The notes below the pieces were generated by a model. That model searched no databases, was not told the origin of the DNA, and worked only from the letters and a program-made list of their open reading frames with translations. Below are positions 22,621 through 35,395 of a DNA stretch of 64,000 bases, piece after piece. The stretch is from contig NC_086097.1 in NCBI RefSeq assembly GCF_963921235.1, positions 117,988,001 through 118,052,000 on the forward strand. The letters are read 5' to 3'. Positions within the stretch are counted from its first letter, which is position 1, and every line of letters starts with the position of its first letter. Source of the DNA: Mobula hypostoma (Eukaryota). The position numbers and the translations under genes were made by a program.

Positions 22621-25600
22621 TCTGGATGTTTTGAAATCAATAGGATAGAAACTGTTTTGTATATTGGACTGATTCCCTGTTCCTTCATGTTTCTGGAATG
22701 TAGCAAGATGAAATTTTATCTGATGAATTCTCTGGTCCCAGGAAGAGAAAGTCATCTAACAACACAAGTTCACGGTTCCTTCTCAGGCTGCTCAAATAAA
22801 AGACTTCCTTGTAAATATCAAGTCTCTTTCACAGACCAGCCCTGCTCAGATCATGGTCATTCCTGTGGAAAAGCATGAGGATATGGCTGAATTCTGATCA
22901 GCCCATTTGGCTGCAGAACATCCAGCATGGAGATGATGATTCCATTGAGGATTTTAGCTGAAGTGTTCAGACTAAGATTAGTAGGGGGTATTAAGGAGGG
23001 AAAATACAAGAAATACAAGATCAGGCATGCTGAGAGGTCATCAAGTACGATCTAGTGTAGAAACTATGCAATTAGCATCAAATACAGTATGGTTGATCAA
23101 AAAATATTCAATTGTATTGCTGTGTCAAGTAGGAGGGAAGCCTTAGGGCTTGCACACAGTAGAGAAGAGATTGCATAACTAGCCTTGTTCATGTATTTTA
23201 TTCTTCTTACACTCAGAATACATTTTAGCCAGTGATATGATGTTCTTTACAATGGTTTTCTTGAGAGCCCAACAAAGTACTTCATGGTTTTGACAAAGGA
23301 AAATGTGCAATTATACAGAGCCTCTCATAAAATCATGACATCACATAATACCTTAAAGTTAATGGAGGCAATTGTGATCAATTATGATGAGAATGTGAAG
23401 CAGAAAATTTGAAACGATTTACGTGAACAAAAAAATCTGCATGTTTGTACATTCATTTGAATGTGCGCAGCATGACAATAATTGACAGTAACCTGCCATG
23501 CATCACATTTGATTAATTCAGGAAATGGTGACCACTGAATTGATTTCACTTCCTAATGGTCCCTCCCTTCATTCTGCTCTTTTCATCAGGGATCTTAAGG
23601 CTGCAGCTTCCTCTGTTGCTGTCAAAAAAGTGTTGTGGTGTTGTGATGAGTTGACAGAGATGTATGAATATTCGAGCCAGCCAATTCATAACTCTTCTTC
23701 CCCCAAGGAACTCTGCTGCTTTTCTGAACAACTAGCAAGAGGAGTTGTTGTCCATATTCCTCTTTACCAGTTTGGACAACAACTCATTACAACCACTGTT
23801 GTCACAGACAGGCCTGCTTAATTCCACATGGGATATTTTAAACAGAAATAAAATGGAAAGTAAAGCAACCCAGGGGGACTCTTAAAATGCACCATTGACC
23901 TAATTAAAGAAACTCTAACACTGACAAATTAGTAACAGAATGCTATTACATGAAATTGCAATAGTAAAAGGTAAAAAATAAAATCCTAAACAGGCACACC
24001 AAAATGCAAACAAAAAAATGCCATGGAAGCAAAAAAGAAGGAAGTCCATTGGGAATAAGCAGCAATCTAAATGTCTCCAGAAGCAGGAATGATAGTTAAG
24101 AGAAAAAATGTACACCTTGGGAAACTCACATCCAATGACACAGTCAATCCTGAACTATTATAAATAGAAAGTTGATAGTCCCTCAGTACTGCTCAAGGAA
24201 ACAAATAAACAGCTAGCCCCCCAAAAAATTAACCTAACCAATTGCCAAAGGAAAGTGGAAAATGTATAATAGCTAACTTATTTTGTGCAATCTTCAATAT
24301 GACAAAACACTCTATGGTATTTATCAGGAGCCTTATTGAATCTGACATGAGATACTAATGAAAATGACAAAAACTGTTGTCAGAGGGTTAGACGTTGATC
24401 ACATAGCCCAGCAGAGCAATTTTTTCAGGTGGCTCTGAAAGAGACATCATAATCGAGCTAACAAACTTCTAGACCTAAGGTCCGTTGCCACAGAATGAGG
24501 TTCAGCCAACTCTATCAATTCTGAACATGGTTGACATTAAATGCTCTACTTTTAACAGACATACATTAAAGCACCAAACAGATCTCAAGGTTGTATAATT
24601 TATACATTCTTTGATAATAAATGTGCTCTAATTGATTGATTGATTGATTGAATTCCCTCCTTAAATGCATTCTATGTTTGGAGAAGCCTGCAAATGCTTA
24701 TGTCCAAATAGTCTGCTACGGAGTTGAAAGAAAGTTGCTGAAACCTTCTTTCCTGAAATGCAGAGTTTGTGTGATCTCCTGGTGCAGCACTGGACGGCAA
24801 ATTCCTGATCCAATATTCCGGTACCATGTTTTCATCCAAAATACTAAAAAATTTTTCCCACTTCACCCCCCACCCCCAAATGCTGCTCGGCCCACTGAGT
24901 TACTCCAGCATATTTTTGTGTCATATCATGAATTCAGTCATCGCAATCTGGAATGATCCCGAGCCAAGGGAATTGAGAGTTAACCTGACCTTGATCTACA
25001 TGGACAATGTGAGGAAATTATTCAGGAATTATGGAATTATGTGAATATATCAAAGTAGAACCAGTCTTCTGATCTCAAAGTAAACAGTAATGAATTTGAA
25101 GTTTAAAGTAGTGTCTGTGGAGCTCAGACTAGACAACAGCAGGGGACTGGCTGCTAAGAGATATGACTTGCAAAGTGTCGTGAGATTCTTATATGCATCA
25201 GGCAAACTTTAGACAAAGGGGTTATCAAACCAGAAAACTATAGGCTTAAGTAATGTGTACCATTGTAAACAAGTTCAAGGAAGCTTATAGACTCGACTGA
25301 TATCACTTCACACATCAAATAACTGATCTATAAACTGTTGGGAGATTTATGTACTTAGAAGCCAGCCCTTGCAACACTAATCTTAGGCATCTGGCTCTCT
25401 GTCCTTAGAAGCTTTTAGATTATCTGTGAATTAATTTGTCCTAGTAAAGGTATTTGAAATTTCAGATGTCTCTTATCAATTACAGTGTACTTCCATATAT
25501 GTGATTCAAAGAAACCATTTGTCAGACTCAAAATATTGAAGTAAATGATGTCATTATAACTATGGAAATTGCATTGAATCATCTTTGGTCTTATGGTTAT

Positions 25601-25899
25601 AAGACTATGATGTACTTCGAGTTTGAGGGACTCTATCCAGAGGGTCTCCAGAAGAATACCTGCTTGTCATGATGGATAAATATTTCCATATCACCAGATT
25701 CAGTGTTTCTCTGGTGACTTAGATCACAATCACAACAGATATCACAGTCAAAGTACAAACATGAGGCTGTATTTGAGATTGCAGGAAATCAGGTGATTTC
25801 AGTTTGTGTGAAAAATGTATTTACATGTTGGTTATTTAAAAAGTACAGTTTTAGGGAGATACAGTGAGTGAAACCTATTTTAATGAGTAAGTAAAATCT

Positions 25900-27400
25900 G
25901 CACTAAAAATTGTTCGCACAGTGCTATTGGAAAAATTATATTCATGTGAAGTGAACACTGGCTATCAAACTGAAGACAGGGTTGGAAGAAATTATTCTTT
26001 TTCAAAATGGAAGGCTGGAATGGGTGAAAGTGGAGTGCAATTTTCACAAATAATTTTAAAGAGCGAGCAAAGTGTAAGATATAAAAACTTGTTGATGGCA
26101 CTAAGATAGTTTGCAGGACACGGGACAATGCGGATCCGGGCTCTGCAGCAGGATACTGTTAGATTGACTAAAATGAAAGCTTGATGAATAGAGTTTGTGT
26201 GTACCTTGGAAAGAGGAATCAAAAGGCAAACTGTTATGTAAATGGAGAGAAACTGCATTGGAGTGGAGTAAAGAAGGATCTTTATGTCCTCCATCAAATA
26301 CAAAACATTAATTGGAAGCTAGGGCAAGCAATTAGGAAAGCAAATGGGATATTGGCCTTTATTGGAAAGGAGTTGCAATTTAGTAATAATCCATGATTGC
26401 TACAATTCCATAGGATATTGGTGATATTTATACTAGTATCTCAAAGGAGGCAACAGGATGTAAGGTATACAAGTTTGCCAATGATATTAAAATAGTGGGA
26501 GAGCAATAAGTACATCTTTGGTTCCCTTATTTAGGTAAAGACATTGGTGACGAGGTGAAGATATGTCACTACAGAGGAGGGGTAAGGCACTCCTTCCCTC
26601 CGGTAGCCTGCAGGTCTCCCTCGGGTAAGGTGTAGCACCTGCTTAGCCTCCCAATAAGGGTCATGTGAAGCACTGGGAGCAAGTGATGAATGGTCGTATG
26701 AGCAGCTGATGCATATCACAAGTCCTGGTTATGTGACCTCTGATGCCAGGCAGGCAATCACTGAAGAGTTTTGTTAATAGCTGGGATCACCCTTCTTGTA
26801 AAGACACTGCCCAGAAGAAGGCAATGGCAAACCACTATTGTAGAAAAAATTGTCAAGAACAATCATGGTCATGGAAAGACCACGATCATTCATGTCATAC
26901 GACACGGAACTTAACTAAGCATGGGAGGCATTCCAGGTGAGAATCAATTGGCTAGTTCTTGAGGGCAGAAGGTTGTGCTATCAGGATTGGCTAATGTGTT
27001 TTCTTTGGCGCAGAATAAGATGAATGGGAGGAGATCATACTGAAACAGATAAAATCCCACGAGATATGAAAGCATAGATATTGAGGTGTTTCTGCTCATT
27101 CAATGAGAAAGCATAGTTATAAAATGAGGGCTAGTCTTTTATAACTGAGGACCATAGGAATTTCTTCTCATACTGGATGGTGAACTTCTGGAATTCTCTA
27201 AGTGATAGGGTTGTAGAAGCTAGATTAATGGAGTATTTAGCAAAGAGGTAGATGTGTTTCTCAAAAATGGGAAAATTGTGCCGTGTACAGAATTAGCACT
27301 GTAAGGAGCTAAGCCTTTGAACAGACTAGTCTTGGTCAGATTACAGGGCAGGCAAGAGAGACAGCAGCCTCACTCCTGCTCCTATTTCTTTGTGTTCTTG
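25900..27400 (+). mobile_element. Highly decayed CR1 fragments
   Basis: QAIRKANGILAFI (ORF 26181..26396) and a CR1-like 3' end ctcctgctcctatttctttgtgttctt. Confidence 0.6.
26532..26915 (+). mobile_element. RTE/BovB-related non-autonomous (bipartite) element
   Basis: Contains agaagaaggcaatggcaaaccact, the RTE-BovB-type UTR motif. No ORF. Hairpin-rich 5' half. Confidence 0.6.
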
Positions 27401-27769
27401 AGTACTCTTCAAATGGTGCTTAATCTGGAGTAGAATCGTCTTGCGTTTCACTGGGATGCACTGCTTGTTGTGAAATCTACCTTCACATTTCTTTTGCTGT
27501 CTTTAGTAATCATTTTCTGTTATAATACACTCTCAGACATCTTAAACAGTAGCAAACCATACAAATTCTATCTGCAATAAGAGTTTGAACCAATAAAAAT
27601 GAAGGTTCTTACTTAACAATTAGGTTTTACTAATCTTACTCATTTACTCTTTACTGGTTTCTTGCAACTTTCCTCTCCCATCTATAAAATGTATATGTGC
27701 CACAAAATGTCATGTCATAAACACACTTAGAAATAGATCACTATACAGTATTAGTGATCTATATTACTA

Positions 27770-28035
27770 GAGGAGGTACAGAAGCCTGAAGGCACACACT
27801 CAGTGATTCTGAAACAGCTTCTTCCCCTCTGCCATCTGATTTCAAAATGGACATGGAACCATGAACTCTACCTCACTACTTTCTTTAAAAATTTCTAATC
27901 TTGCACTACTTATCTTAATTTATCTATTTAATATACATACATATACTCACAGTAATTCCATTTTTTCTATATTTTTCATTTATTGCATTGTTCTGCTGTC
28001 ACAAAGTTAACAAATTTCACAACATATGCTGGTGA
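27770..28035 (+). mobile_element. Rex1-type 3' remnant
   Basis: gaggaggtacagaagcctgaaggcacacactcagtgattctgaaacagcttcttcccctctgccatc...acaaatttcacaacatatgc. Confidence 0.65.
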
Positions 28036-28587
28036 CTGTTACTTATTCAACAATGTCTTGTATAACATCTAAGTTCAGTTCAGTCATATTCTATGTGATG
28101 CATAAATATAATTAATAATAATTGTTGCACTGATTTCAGTAGTGATTTCTAGTTGTGTGTGATAACTTTTCCTTTTTTCTAGTATTGTTGCAGTTAATGG
28201 TACACATGATGGGCTGTTAATGGCAGTTTAAGAAGCAAGCAAATCAAGTTCTGTTTTCAATGTTCATCAAAAGCATTGAACATATGTCAGTCTGCTGAAC
28301 TTGAATGCCTGTTTTCTGCCAAGTGATTTCTCACTACTAGCATTGGGCAGGAAGTGCAGCAGTCTTGGGTCCCACACCACCAGGTTCAGGAACAGTTATT
28401 AGCATTCAACCATCAGGCTCCCGAATCAGAGTGGATAACCTTATTCAGCATGAAAGTGAACTGATTACTGAACGCAACTTCACTCACCCCTACACTGAAC
28501 TGATACCACAACCTATGAACTCAATTTCAAGGATACTACAACTAATGTTCTCAGTATTATTTATTCACTTATTTATTATTATTATTG

Positions 28588-29116
28588 TTGTTGTATTTTT
28601 ATTTTCTCTCAGCTCCAGATGGTGAAACCTGAGGTACGGGCGTAGTCAAACATACTCATTTCTCAAATTCGAGGACGTTATGGACTATTCTGGTGATGTT
28701 TAGTTTTGTGGCTTTCTGGAGATTTACATAAATATTGCTGTGTAGACCTGCCTGCCTATTCAGCAGTGAATCAATAGCAGTTCACTTACTGTCACACCCA
28801 TCACTACCACCAGGCACACCCTAGTGAACCCCAGCCAGCGGCTGTATCAGTCATTTCAGTAGACATTTCTCCATTTCAAAAGTGAATGGGTATAGCTTTT
28901 TATACCAACAACCAGGTTTGATTACACCTGCCCCAGTATGGAAAACAGAGGCTGACCAGAGCACCACCCGATCTAGGTACGGAGATGCCTGGATTTGTTC
29001 CTGCTTTGGTCCGATGGGTGGTATTTTATTTCCCACCTGCCCTGCATATCTGCTGTGTTCTCCCCAATCCACCACCCAGGGACGCACCCGATGTGGGACT
29101 GAAAACCCCTCATGTA
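28588..29116 (-). mobile_element. Short non-autonomous R4/Dong-type element (5' leader fused to 3' end)
   Basis: 28588-28750 is homologous to the 3' end of the adjacent R4 element (29120-29282). The rest is a non-coding GC-richer leader. Confidence 0.6.
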
Positions 29117-29119
29117 TTA

Positions 29120-30580
29120 TTCTTGTTGTATTTTAATTTTTTCTTAGCGCAAGTTGGCAAAACCTAAGGTACAGGCATAGTGAAGCACAATCATTATATA
29201 TTGCTGGGACCTTTTGGACTTCTCGAGCGGTGTTTAGTATTGCAGCTTTCTGAAGATTTTTACAAATATAACTGTGTAGGCCTAATTGTTTAATACTATT
29301 TTGTAGTGTCTTTGGAATGATACCAGTTGTAGATATTACTATTGGGACAATGCATACCTGTACATATTCTATAGCTTTTAATTTCCTCTTTTAATTCAGC
29401 ATATTTTTGGTATTTTTCACTTATTGATTTCTGTATGCAATGTGTTTTCGTAATATCTATATCTATTAAGTAAGTTGTTCTGCTTGTTTATCCTGTATTA
29501 TCATATCCAGACAGTTATTATGGATTGTCCTATCTATAATAATGGATCGGTTGCAATATAATACGTAGGACTCAGACTCTAAATCTGGATGAGGCTTGTA
29601 TTTATGGTAAGGTATGGTGTCTTTTATGAGTTTGTATATTAAGGCAAGATTTTGGTGAAATGAAATTTGCTGCTAGATTGTGCCCATGTAAGTAATCAGA
29701 TTGAGTTAAACTGCTGCAGGATCCTGTAATGTGTCGAATTGTTTCTGGTTTCTCTTAGCATTTTCTGAATTTATCATCTTGAATTTGTTGGTTTATAATT
29801 ATTTTGAGTTAAACACCTGGTCCTGTATTCTGTTCCTGGAAAGAGGTCTCCAACTCTGAGCCAGGCATTCATTGCTTTGTTATCTACATCTAGTCTGCTG
29901 AAATTATTGAGGATGTCTGCCATGGAGTGTCATGCTCTTCCACTGGTTAACTTTATCTTCAAGAGTGATAATTTCATCGTTTTTCTGGGTTTTGTTCTCG
30001 TTTACGTTTAGTGGTGTGTACTTGTTATCAGAATTGCATAAGCTCACGAGGAATGTTGAATCCTGTTTTAATTGATGAAAATATATCCTTAGAAGTTTTA
30101 TCTGACCGTTGTGTAAATCTGTTGTGTATATTTTTCCTCTTTTTCTTTCTGTCCTAGTTAGTGATAATCTAAGTGTGTTTGAGTGTACATAGTACTTTCT
30201 CAATTTTTTCTTTTCACTTCTCATTTTTCTTGTAAATTTTCCAGATGGGTTTTGGACCACGATATTATGCCAAGGGAATATGTTAATATCAGTAAAGCAA
30301 AAGTGTTTATTGACTTGGTTATATTTTTACTATTGATCTCTGTTTAGCAGATTTTCTTAAGCCTCAAATTAAACTTTGTCAAAAGTTTTCCCTTTATCAC
30401 ACTATTATCTATTTTCTTTGTTTGTTGATATTTATATGCTTCATATTCATCCATCAGTTGTATTGTATCCTGCTGCTCTGTTTTGTATTCTACCAGCTCT
30501 GTTGCACCTTTCTTTATGTTTAATGTTCTGCACTTATCTAGTCCAACATTCATGTCTGTATCTTTAGAAAATAGTTCTAT
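29120..30580 (-). mobile_element. R4/Dong (Rex6-like) RLE-type non-LTR retrotransposon, 5'-truncated and decayed
   Basis: GLDKCRTLNI...YKY, NKYTPLN...WKSMTLHGRHP, CCHC remnant RKC*EKPETIRHITGSC, RLE remnant DRTIHNNCLDMIIQDK. Sits in the (TTA)n tract of a Rex1 3' remnant (28325-30810). Confidence 0.8.
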
Positions 30581-31459
30581 TATTAATATTATTTGTTTAT
30601 AATTATAATAATAACTCTTTTTGCTTTTTCTGTATTTGCAGTTTGTTTCATTTTACACATTGGTTCTTTGTCAGCCTTTGTGTGTAGTTTTCATTGATTC
30701 TATTGCATTTTCTTTATTCTACTGGATATGCCTGGAAGGAAATGAACTCAGGAAAGTATGTATGTCTGATATAAATGTACTTTAATAATGAATTTTCTTT
30801 GAACTTGAACATGGAACTTTGCACAGACAGTTGTGTTTTTTGTGTACAGTTTCATGAATTTTGGAAGATCCCTATATTGAGTTATGGTCCAGTGTTATTG
30901 CTGATTATATTGTTTGGGATCAATCCGGGTGGAATTTCCAATGAAAATGATGAGTCTTTCATCTGTTTTATCCTATTAACAGATTTGTGGAAACTACTAT
31001 TAAATTATATTCTAAATGTTAGTACTTTTATTGTAAGCTGTTGTCATAGGAAGCTAGCCATATAGTCTTTGTGCCACATTGATTACAGTTCTCGTGTTGC
31101 ATTGCATACATTACTCAATAGTAAATATTTTGTACCATGGAAGTAAAAGTAGAGATTGATCAAATTATTGTTGAATTAATCCAACTAGTGTATGGCAAAC
31201 GTACTGAATGTTATAAAGGAATACAACAGCAGTGCTCTGATTCTCACTTGCACCAAGTTTCATTCTGTTGATATATTTAAGATGATGATTCACACTTGAA
31301 TTTTCAAATTCTATTTGTGGTATGTATTATGCTGAATGTACAAGATGGAAATTAATTTGGTTGCAATATTTGCAAAGATAAGAGGACTCATCTTCTTTGT
31401 TGGCCGGGTTTTGATTTCCTTCAAGTATAAATGTGAAGACAATAACAACTTGTATCTCT

Positions 31460-31960
31460 TATTTATTTATCTAGAAATACAGCATGAAACAGACTCTTCC
31501 AGCCCAACGAGCGTGCTGCCCAGCAAGTCACCTATTTTATATTAGTCGAGTCACAGGACAACTTACAATGGTAAATGAACCTCATTACTAGTACGTTTTT
31601 GGACAGTGGGGGGAAACAGGAGCAGCTGGAGAGAACGCAGGTCATTCATGGAATGAGTGTGCAAACTCCTTACAGACTGTGCTAGATTTGAACTCCGGAC
31701 CCTGGAATGTCCCCGAGCTGTAATAGTGTCACACTAACTGCTACGCTGCTCTGGCACCCAATTCAGAGATACAGCATGGTAACAGACCCATTGGCCCTTT
31801 TAGCTACTGCTGCCCAATTGCATCCATGTAACCAATTAACCCAATACCTACACATCTTTAAAATGTGAGTGGAAACCCACGCAGTCAAATTCCTTACTGA
31901 CAGTGGTGGAATTAAACCTGGATCACTCTGTCAGTAAAGTCATTACACTACTGTGCCGCC
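31460..31960 (-). mobile_element. Two tandem V-SINE/HE1-like SINE remnants
   Basis: V-domain (ggaaacaggagcagctggagagaac...tgcaaactccttacagac) plus tRNA-like head in reverse. Confidence 0.65.
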
Positions 31961-32324
31961 TAATTCTTAATGGTTTTACAAAATGAAATGCCTGATGTAC
32001 TTCATCGTAGGATTACCAGACAAAATGACACCAAGACGAACTAGGCTTGGTGAAGGAGGTGGATTTTAAGGAGGAAGGAGACATGGGGAGGCTGTTAGAG
32101 TTAAGAATGGAATACCACAGGCTGAGGGTATGGCCATTAACAATCCTCAAAGTCAGAGATGTTGGAGAAGACGAAATTGGGAGAGCATAAATGTCCTGGA
32201 GATTTAGAGGAAGGATTTGAAAACAAATATAAAATAATTAGACTTTTAACTGTAACTTATAGTATTTTATGTATTATACTGTTCTGCCACCACGTAAAAC
32301 AACACATTTTATGACATATGTCTT

Positions 32325-32955
32325 TAAGACCATAAAATATAAGAGCAGAATTAGGCCATTCGGTCCATTGAGTCTGCTCCGCCATTCAGTCACGGCTGAT
32401 TTATTATTCCAATCAACCCATTCTCCTGCCTTCTCCCCGTAATGTTTAATGCCCTTAATCATCAAGAACCTATCAACCTCCACTTCAAATATATTCAATG
32501 ACTTGGCCTCCACAGGCATCTGTGGAACGGATTTCACAGATTCACCACCCACTGGTTGAAGAAATTCCAGCCCAACATCCTTCTATTTTGAGGCTGTACC
32601 CTCAGGTGCAAGACTCTCTCACATAGGAAGTGCCCTCTCCACATCCACTGTATCAATATTCGACAGTTTTCAATGAGATATCCCCCCCATTCATTCTTCT
32701 ACACACCCGCAAGTGCAGGCCCAGAGCTATTAAATGCTCTTCACGTTAACCCTTCCTTTCCTGGGATCTTTCTCATGATCCTCCTCTTGACCCTCTCCAA
32801 TGCCAATACATTCTTTCTTAGATGAGAGCTCAGTACTGTTCACAGTACTCCAAGTACTATCTGACAAATCCCTTACAAAACTTCAGCATTACATCTTGCT
32901 TACATGAATGCAAACATTGTATTTGCCTTCCTTAACAATGACTCAACCTGCAAGT
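32325..32955 (-). mobile_element. CR1 3' remnant
   Basis: aagaccataaaatataagagcagaattaggccattcgg 3'UTR plus RT-tail similarity. Confidence 0.75.
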
Positions 32956-33064
32956 CAGTGATATTAAACCAGAGACTGGTTCCGTCACGTTTTGAATCGA
33001 AACCCTACATCAGCACCTCCAACATCTGGGTGACAGCAACAGTAGTGGTGAGCCTTGTGGATTT

Positions 33065-33660
33065 TGAAGTTCAAAGTAAATTTATTATCAAAGTACGTAT
33101 ACATTATACAACCTTAAGATTTGTTGCCTTACAGGCAGCCACAAAACAGAGAAACCCAAAAGAATCCGTTTAAAAAAGACCACCAAACACCCAATGTGCA
33201 GAGAGAAAAAAGCCAATCATGCAAACAATAAAAGTAAGTAGGTAGCTTTCAGAATTGAAGTTTATGAAAGAGAGTCCGTCCACAGATATGAAGCCACAGT
33301 CTCAGTGCAGAGCTGAGTAAATGTCACCGAGCAGCAAGCTGAGCCAGCACATTCCTGCCTCTGATTCCGACACCCTGACGTTTTCAATTTGTCCCAGTGG
33401 TTAAATTGTCCAACCAGTGGGTCATTCCTCGCTCTTGGAGCCAGGCTTTGTCACTTCGATACACTCTGGGGCCTGGACTCCGACACTGCAGTTTGGCCCG
33501 TCCCCAACCTTTCCAATTCAACCCAGTGCTTACATCGATTGAACCTTGGGTCTTTCCTCACTTTCGGGATATGCCCAGACTCCACCTTGACTCTTCCTCG
33601 CCTGCTCTCACATTGAGTCTACCTCTGAGGTCTTTCATGTCTTCTTTGAGCTAAAGTAGG
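33065..33660 (-). mobile_element. SINE-like element with a Rex1-type tail
   Basis: Tail aagttcaaagtaaatttattatcaaagta...tacaaccttaagatt with a non-coding GC-richer head. Confidence 0.45.
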
Positions 33661-34864
33661 AAATTGAATCACTGGAGTTATGGAGAACAGGACTTCATTG
33701 AGTGAGGATCGGAGCACAGCAGAACTTTGAATGCCTTACAGTTCATAGAGGCTAAAATTAATGCAACTGTTCAGTGGTGTGTAAGAATGGCCACATCTAG
33801 AAATAGCAAAAATACATGTATTCATTTCTATCTCAGTATCTTCCTTATACACTTTCAAATACAATCAGAGTAATCAGGAATTTATTGGTATTGATTTATT
33901 GTCGTCATATATACCAAGATACTATGAAAAGTTTGTCTTGTATGCTATCTATATAGATTAAATCGTGACACAGTGCACTGAACTAGATAAGGTAATCCAA
34001 TTACAATGCAGAATAAAGTGTAAAACTTACCAAAAAAAAGTGCATTGCAGGTAAATGCTAAAGTGCAAGATCATGGAGAGGTAAATTATGAAGTCTAACG
34101 TCTCTCTTATCATACAATAAGTCCATTCAGGAGGGTCATAGAAGCAGAGTTAACAGGGGTAGAAGCTAACTCTGAGCTTATTGGTATGTGCTGTCAGGCT
34201 TTCGTATTCTCTGCCTAGTGGGAGAGGGGAGAAGGGAGAATGTCCGGGGTGGGTGGGGAGTTTGATTATGCTGATTGTTTTACTGAGACAGCAAAAAGCA
34301 CTTGCTATATCAAGTCTTTATGCATCCAGACAGGATGCTTCTGGATTCAAGACTCAAGATTATTTAATGTCATTTCCAGAACACAAATTTAAAGGAGAAC
34401 AAAATAATGGATCCAATGAAGCACTAAAAAAAACATTAATAAGGGAAAGAGCCCTATAAATTAAACAAAAAAAACAAAGAAAAATACCTAAGTTAGCTAA
34501 TTCCATGTGTGGTCTGCCCAAGATGTCATTAGCCTTTTGATCCTTGATGTTGGATGACCTGCTCTCATAAATTTGTATGATCCAGGGTGTTTGGGAGTGT
34601 TGAGTGACCATTTCCATCTGCCATGTCTGCCTGATCTGGATATCATTCACAGTGTGTATTCAGGGCTGAGCAGTGGCAAGTCTTTGCCACTCAGAGATGC
34701 CATATATGGAAATCTGAGTTTATGGATGATCATTGATGAATCATCACAATGATTTAAAGCAAAATCTGCTGCTATTAATTAAAGTCAGTTACTTTGGTTT
34801 CAGCTGATACAGTCAGTTATTGGCAGCTCAACTGCATCCTTTTGTATTTGACTGCTGGTTGCCA

Positions 34865-35395
34865 CTGGATTTCTTTGTAGTGTTTTTCCTTTGTCAGAGA
34901 TTTGTTTGTTGCTTTTAGATGTTTAGAAGTCAAGATGTTAGATGTTTAGAAGTCAAGATGTTGCAAATCTTGACATTGATAAATCTCACCCTGTTATACA
35001 AACGTATTTCTCCTTGAGCTCCAGCAAATAAGTGATTTCTTCCTCTGTCCATAATTCTTACCTTCCTGGGGTTTTTTTCCTCATCTATGACTTCTTCAGA
35101 TCTTTTAGCGTTTCTGAGTTCAGCAAGATAGTGCCTTCTATGTGACCCAGTCCACCCTTCATACTGAATGATTCTTTTTGGAGATGGTGCATGCATGTTC
35201 TTAACCGTCTCTTGCTCCTTGCCATAGTGGCAAGCAGTCAAGTGCAGTTCAAGTCCACTTTCAGCTCAAGTCTTGCCACACTTGTTGCAGGTTGCCTTAA
35301 TAGAGTGGATTGGGTGTTACCTTCTCATGTGTACATGAAAAGCTCCCAGATTTGTCCGGAAACCTTGACAGCCATCCATAGTGTTCTATTGTAAG
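34865..35395 (-). pseudogene. R2 A-clade-like N-terminal DNA-binding region (3 zinc fingers + Myb), decayed
   Basis: Stitched frames: GCQGFRTNLGAFHVHMRR*H / CNKCGKT*AESGLELHLTACHYGK / ACTISK-SFSMKGGLG-HRRH..ELRNAKR / LWTEEEITYLLELKE-RFINVKICNILTSKSNKQISDKGK. Confidence 0.75.

Noticed and set aside
23525..23821. 98-aa ORF in unique sequence
   Set aside because: No motifs or splice signals; length compatible with chance.
27733..27762. Hairpin atagatcacta...tagtgatctat
   Set aside because: Short AT-rich isolated palindrome at a repeat boundary; too small for a pre-miRNA and no other copies seen.
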